DNA from: the human T2T-CHM13v2.0 reference genome, Homo sapiens
NCBI RefSeq assembly: GCF_009914755.1
Contig: NC_060928.1
Reading direction: 5' to 3' (one strand)
DNA: 64,000 bases
The first letter of the stretch is position 1, and each line of letters begins with the position of its first letter. This document shows, in pieces, positions 59,243 to 64,000 of the stretch. Made by a program: the position numbers and the translations under genes. The notes beneath the pieces were generated by a model. The model was not told where the DNA came from, made no database searches, and saw nothing but the letters and a program-made list of their open reading frames with translations.

Positions 59243-60706
59243 ATGATGTCATGATAGATGGTTATACACTTTGATTTCCTCAGGTAAGATGTTTTTCCCA
59301 TGTGGTTTTAAAACCTGCTTCAATTGTGACCTGAAGGCCTCCATGACTCATTCAGCCTCCCATCCAAAAACACCGGGATTGCTAATTACTGTAAAAGGCA
59401 ATGTCTTCAGAAAAAAAAGTTGTCTACCTACAGTAACTAAACACCCACCTACCATCTAATTTCATGTTGGCCCATGAACCATCAAAGAGGGCAGGAATTT
59501 TCCATCCCCATCTAAGAAGACTGCCATTTAACAAGTAGTGTAAATCACTTTGGATGGTGTTTGGATGAGAGCAAAGAAAATGATTGTGCCGTGCACTCAT
59601 TAAAGCCTTCTTGAGCTCCTACTATGTGAACCACACTGTACTAGGTTCCTTGTGGGTTACAAAGAAATAGAAGCCCCTTGCCCTTGCCCTGCAAGAACTT
59701 GTTACTGCTTCAAGGAGATAAGTGCATACTAGAGAAGGGATGATTGATTTAGAAGTGGCTTAAGGGATGACAGGCAAGCAAGTTATTGGTGTTTGGCTTG
59801 TGACTTCTGGTGTTTTTACTAAGGGAAAACAAAAACTGTGTTGGTTTTTAAAAAATTTTAGTCTTAGAATTTAATTATTTCATTATTAATTTAATTTGTA
59901 TGGATGGCATATAAAAAGGGTGGGGTGATATCAGAAGAAAGAGCCTAGCAAAATTCTCCCATTCTGCTTTCTACAAATTTTTGCTTCTTCTGCATAGCAC
60001 TGTAGTTGAAAAGAAACTTTGTTCCAGAGTCCTTCCTGTTCCTCTGAGGATGGAACAGTTCATAAATGTAATGCTAGCTCTGGGAAGCTGATGAAAACTT
60101 CATTCTGATCAGAACTAGAGATGGGGGGAAATGGAACTGGGTACTCTCATGCTCTCCAGTCCTTTCTGTCCCCATTATGTTATCTCTGCTCTGTCTGAGT
60201 AGAACATGGTAGGGCAGGTGAGAGCAGCTGAGAACAGCGTGGGGCAGGCTAGAACAGGCTAACAAGGCAAGGGGGGCTGAGTGCTACTGAGTAAGGACAC
60301 CACTGAAGGTTAAAAGCCTGAAAGAAGGTAAATACTGGGAGAGTGAGACAACGATAGAGACCATATTCACAGGTGGAGATAGAATGATGAATGGTTCAAA
60401 TTCAAGGCAGGTAAAAAAAAAAAAAGATGTCGCTGATTGATAGGATTCTACTATGATAATTGGATTGGAGCTAGACTTGAGCATTTTCCTTGAGCTAGTC
60501 ACCTTTCCATAAAGGAAATGTTTAGGTGAAGCAGTAGCCAGAGGCCTGCACAGACTGGACTGGCCAAGGCTTAATAGGACCCAGCCCTATTGGGATTTGC
60601 ATTGCCTCTATATCAGTTTGGACTTTCTTCCTTGTTTGTCACTTCATGTTTATAAGATGGACACTACAGCTCTGAACATCACATTCATGTTCATCTAAGA
60701 CTGTAG

Positions 60707-61054
<348 letters not shown>

Positions 61055-61519
61055 TAGTGCTTTGTTGCCAGAATGATATCACGTGGTAATTCTAGGTATT
61101 CTAGCAAAGAAGACTGGGAAATAAACTATTTAGCTTTTGCATCCTCTCAAATAGAGATAGTCAGTAGGGAGTTGAACTGGGGTGGGGGGAGCCAGCATAC
61201 AGGTGTCTATCTCTGGCTCTGACACACTCCTCACCACTTGCTCCCTTCCCAGCCTACCCTATTTCTTTTAAAATTAAAAAAAAGCAAGCGAACACCCAAG
61301 GATGTTTCTAGTGGAAATAGTCATTAAACTCATTCAAGTCTTCATCTTGCACCCACCCCCATCTGTTCAGATACCCAGAAAGCCTGTTTCTCTAGTTTTA
61401 TCATATTTCATTCTTAGAACAGATGTGTTTTTCTCTCAGTTTACCTTTGATTTCAACTGCAGCCATGGTGAACAGTGCTATGCATGCCATTAATCATACA
61501 TCAGGCATCCATCATAAGC

Positions 61520-61937
61520 CTTTCCTCTTTCCTGTCCTGTGGTTTTTATCAAAATCAGCAGAATTCATTGGCCCGTATATATGAGCAGCCCGGGAGTGCA
61601 GAAAGGTTTATTTTCCTGGAGATAACCTTCCTCCAGGGGTAGAAGGGAGTCAGTAGATAAATGCCTCTTCTGCACTTGAACAATCTGCTGGGGCATTCTG
61701 CATTACTTCCTTGGAGGGTCTCCTTGGGATTGGGTCCCAGTTGTTCACAGTAGAAACCAGCTCAGTAAACCAGTAAACCCTTCTTTCCTGTTTTTGGTTT
61801 TTGTTTTTTTTTTTTTTTCTTCTCTAACTCTCCCTTCTCCCTCACTCCTGCTTCCTGGGAGCACCACCCAAATATGGAGAGATCTGCTCCCATGTTCTTA
61901 TCTCAGGCTCACTTTGGAGGGGACCCAAACTAAGGCA
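61520..61937 (+). mobile_element. Old ERVL solo LTR (LTR33/LTR16 group)
   Basis: Terminal motif TCTCAGGCTC..TTTGGAGGGGACCCAAACTAAGGCA and CTCACTCCTGCTTCCTGGGA; 5' boundary uncertain. Confidence 0.6.
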
Positions 61938-61966
61938 AATCACTCTTCATTGAAACTTCTTGACAA

Positions 61967-62336
61967 TTTTTTTAAAATTTTATTTTATTATTATTATACT
62001 TTAAGTTTTAGGGTACATGTGCACAATGTGCAGGTTAGTTACATATGTATCCATGTGCCATGCTGGTGTGCTGCACCCATTAACTCGTCATTTAGCATTA
62101 GGTATATCTCCTAAAGCTATCCCTCCCCCCTCCCCCCACCCCACAACAGTCCCCAGAGTGTGATGTTCCCCTTCCTGTGTCCATGTGTTTTCATTGTTCA
62201 ATTCCCACCTATGAGTGAGAATATGCGGTGTTTGGTTTTTTTTCTTGCGATAGTTTACTGAGAATGATGATTTCCAATTTCATCCATGTCCCTACAAAGG
62301 ACATGAACTCATCATTTTTTATGGCTGCATAGTATT
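61967..62336 (-). mobile_element. Young L1PA (L1PA3-like), 5'-truncated to ~370 bp
   Basis: Near-consensus 3'UTR (CACCCATTAACTCGTCATTTAGCATTAGG) and end of ORF2; TSD-like TTG(A/G)CA(A/T)TTT. Confidence 0.95.
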
Positions 62337-62537
62337 TGGCATTTTCATGGGATCCTTTCCTTTATGTACTTCCTTTTGAAGGGAAAGTGGGCTTGATTTC
62401 AGTACAGAAATTAAAAATCTTGATTTCTCTATAGAAATTATAGTGAGAACTATAATCCACTAGAAAAATGTAAATGTATCATGTGCTTTTCTATTAAAAG
62501 AAACAAATATATCAAAGGATGTTCTTCATCCTTATTT

Positions 62538-63026
62538 CAGCAGTCCCCAACCTTTTTTGGCATCAGGAACCAGTTTTGTGGAAGACCGTTATTCCACAGA
62601 CAGGGGGTTGGGGGATGGTTTGGGGATGATTCAAGCATATTACATTTATTGTGCACTTTATTTCTATTATTATTACATTGTAATATATATTGAAATAATT
62701 ATACAATTCATCAAAATATAGAATCAGTGGGAGCCCTGAGCTTATTTTCCTGCAACTAGATAGTCCCAACTGGGGGTGGTGTGAGACTGTGACAGATCAT
62801 CAGTCATTAGATTCTCATAAGGAGCATGCAACCTAGATCCCTTGCATGTGCAGTTCACAATGAGGTTCACACTCCTATAAGAATCTAATGCTGCCGCTGA
62901 TCTGACGGGAGGTGGAGCTCAGGTCATAATGCTCCTTGGACTGCTGCTCACCTCCTGCTGTGCAGCAGAGTTCCTAACAGGCCACGGACTAATACCAGTC
63001 CCTGGCCTGAGGGTTGGGGACCTCTG
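62538..63026 (+). mobile_element. MER1A-like hAT-Charlie element
   Basis: TIRs CAGCAGTCCCCAACC / GGTTGGGGACCTCTG; 8-bp TSD CCTTATT(T/G). Confidence 0.9.
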
Positions 63027-63109
63027 CCTTATTGGACCCAAGCATTGAGCAATGCTTGTAAATTATATGTGTTCAGGAGAATCAGCAACAATACAGAAAC
63101 ATTTGCAAA

Positions 63110-63715
63110 GCCACTAGTGTACCAAGTACCAGGCTCAGTGGTATGAACTAAGGATTCATAATTGAATAGACATAGCTTCTGCTTTCAAATTGCTCATGTA
63201 GTGGAGGTGGGGCACGGGGAAGGTCAAGTCAACAAGGATCTGTGTGGTATGTGCTGTAAGAATCCACCTATCTTAGTGACTGATGAAATGTGAGATGGGA
63301 ACAAAAAAGATACAAGAATCTAGGATGACTCCAAGTTTTCCAGCCTGGGCAAGTGGGTGGATAGGATGTCATTAACCAAAACAGACAATGAAAGGACAAT
63401 AGCAGATTTGAAAAGAAAATATGTTGAGTTCAGAATGCCTGGAAGTTATTAAGGTGGATATATCTAGTAGACAGATATATAGGTCTGGAGATAAGGAAAG
63501 AAATCAGGACTGGAATGTAGATTTGGGAGTCATTTATACATAAAATTAAAGCTAAAAAAATAAGTTAGATCAGCAGGAAAAAAAAAGGAGAAGAAAAGCA
63601 AATGAAGGAAAAATTCAAGGAAACAGCAGGACTAATAAATGGATTAAGAAACAGGAACCAGCAATGAGTCTGAGGAGGACTGAACAGAGAGGTAGAAGAA
63701 TCAGATAGAAGTGTT
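63110..63715 (-). mobile_element. L2 fragment
   Basis: GGATGACTCCAAGTTTTCCAGCCTGGGCAA, ATGTTGAGTTC and GATTTGGGAGTCAT motifs. Confidence 0.7.
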
Positions 63716-63725
63716 CCTCAATTCC

Positions 63726-63852
63726 TTTTTTAAAAAAATACAGGGGTCTTACTATGTGGCCCAGGCTGAACTTGAACTCCTGGGCTCAAGCATTCCTCCC
63801 ATCTCAGCCTCCCGGGTAGCTGGAACTACAGTCCTGTGCCCCCACATGTGGC
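63726..63852 (-). mobile_element. FLAM-like Alu monomer
   Basis: GGGTCTTACTATGTGGCCCAGGCTG...; TSD TCAATTCCT. Confidence 0.85.
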
Positions 63853-63878
63853 TTCAATTCCTAAAAACCAAGAGAGGA

Positions 63879-64000
63879 GGCCGGACGCAGTGGCTCACGC
63901 CTGTAATCCTAGCACTGTGGGAGGCCGAGGTGGGCGGATCACAAGGTCAGGAGATCCAGACCATCCTGGTTAACACGGTGAAACCCCGTCTCTACTAAAA
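63879..64000 (+). mobile_element. AluY left arm, runs off the window
   Basis: GGCCGGACGCAGTGGCTCACGCC..ACCATCCTGGTTAACACGGTGAAACCCCG. Confidence 0.92.

Overview
This is primate (human-like) AT-rich, repeat-dense genomic DNA. I found no host protein-coding exon, RNA gene or CpG island that I can support. Three large elements dominate. The first is the 3' ~5.2 kb of a young L1PA3/4-like LINE-1 (+), with a disrupted ORF1 and an ORF2 broken after the endonuclease domain but open for 1010 codons downstream. The second is an apparently full-length older L1MA-type LINE-1 (-, ~24.0-32.4 kb) with a nested THE1 and three Alus. The third is a complete ERVL/MLT2 provirus (-, 33317-42029, TSD GCCAT). The rest is Alus, MaLR and ERV solo LTRs, hAT-type MITEs, MIR and L2 relics. 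Most short ORFs in the track are chance or repeat-derived. I see no evidence for a new multi-gene biological system. The most unusual structure is a fossil complex rearrangement inside the provirus: two chains of templated direct and inverted copies (33.3-34.7 kb and 37.2-37.9 kb), taken from donors up to ~4 kb away. These include a copied Alu-ERVL junction and a pol fragment that the provirus itself has lost. There is also an unexplained 80-bp near-perfect hairpin at 8533-8612. Subfamily names come from remembered consensus sequences, and identities are by-eye estimates; both need RepeatMasker/Dfam and alignment confirmation.
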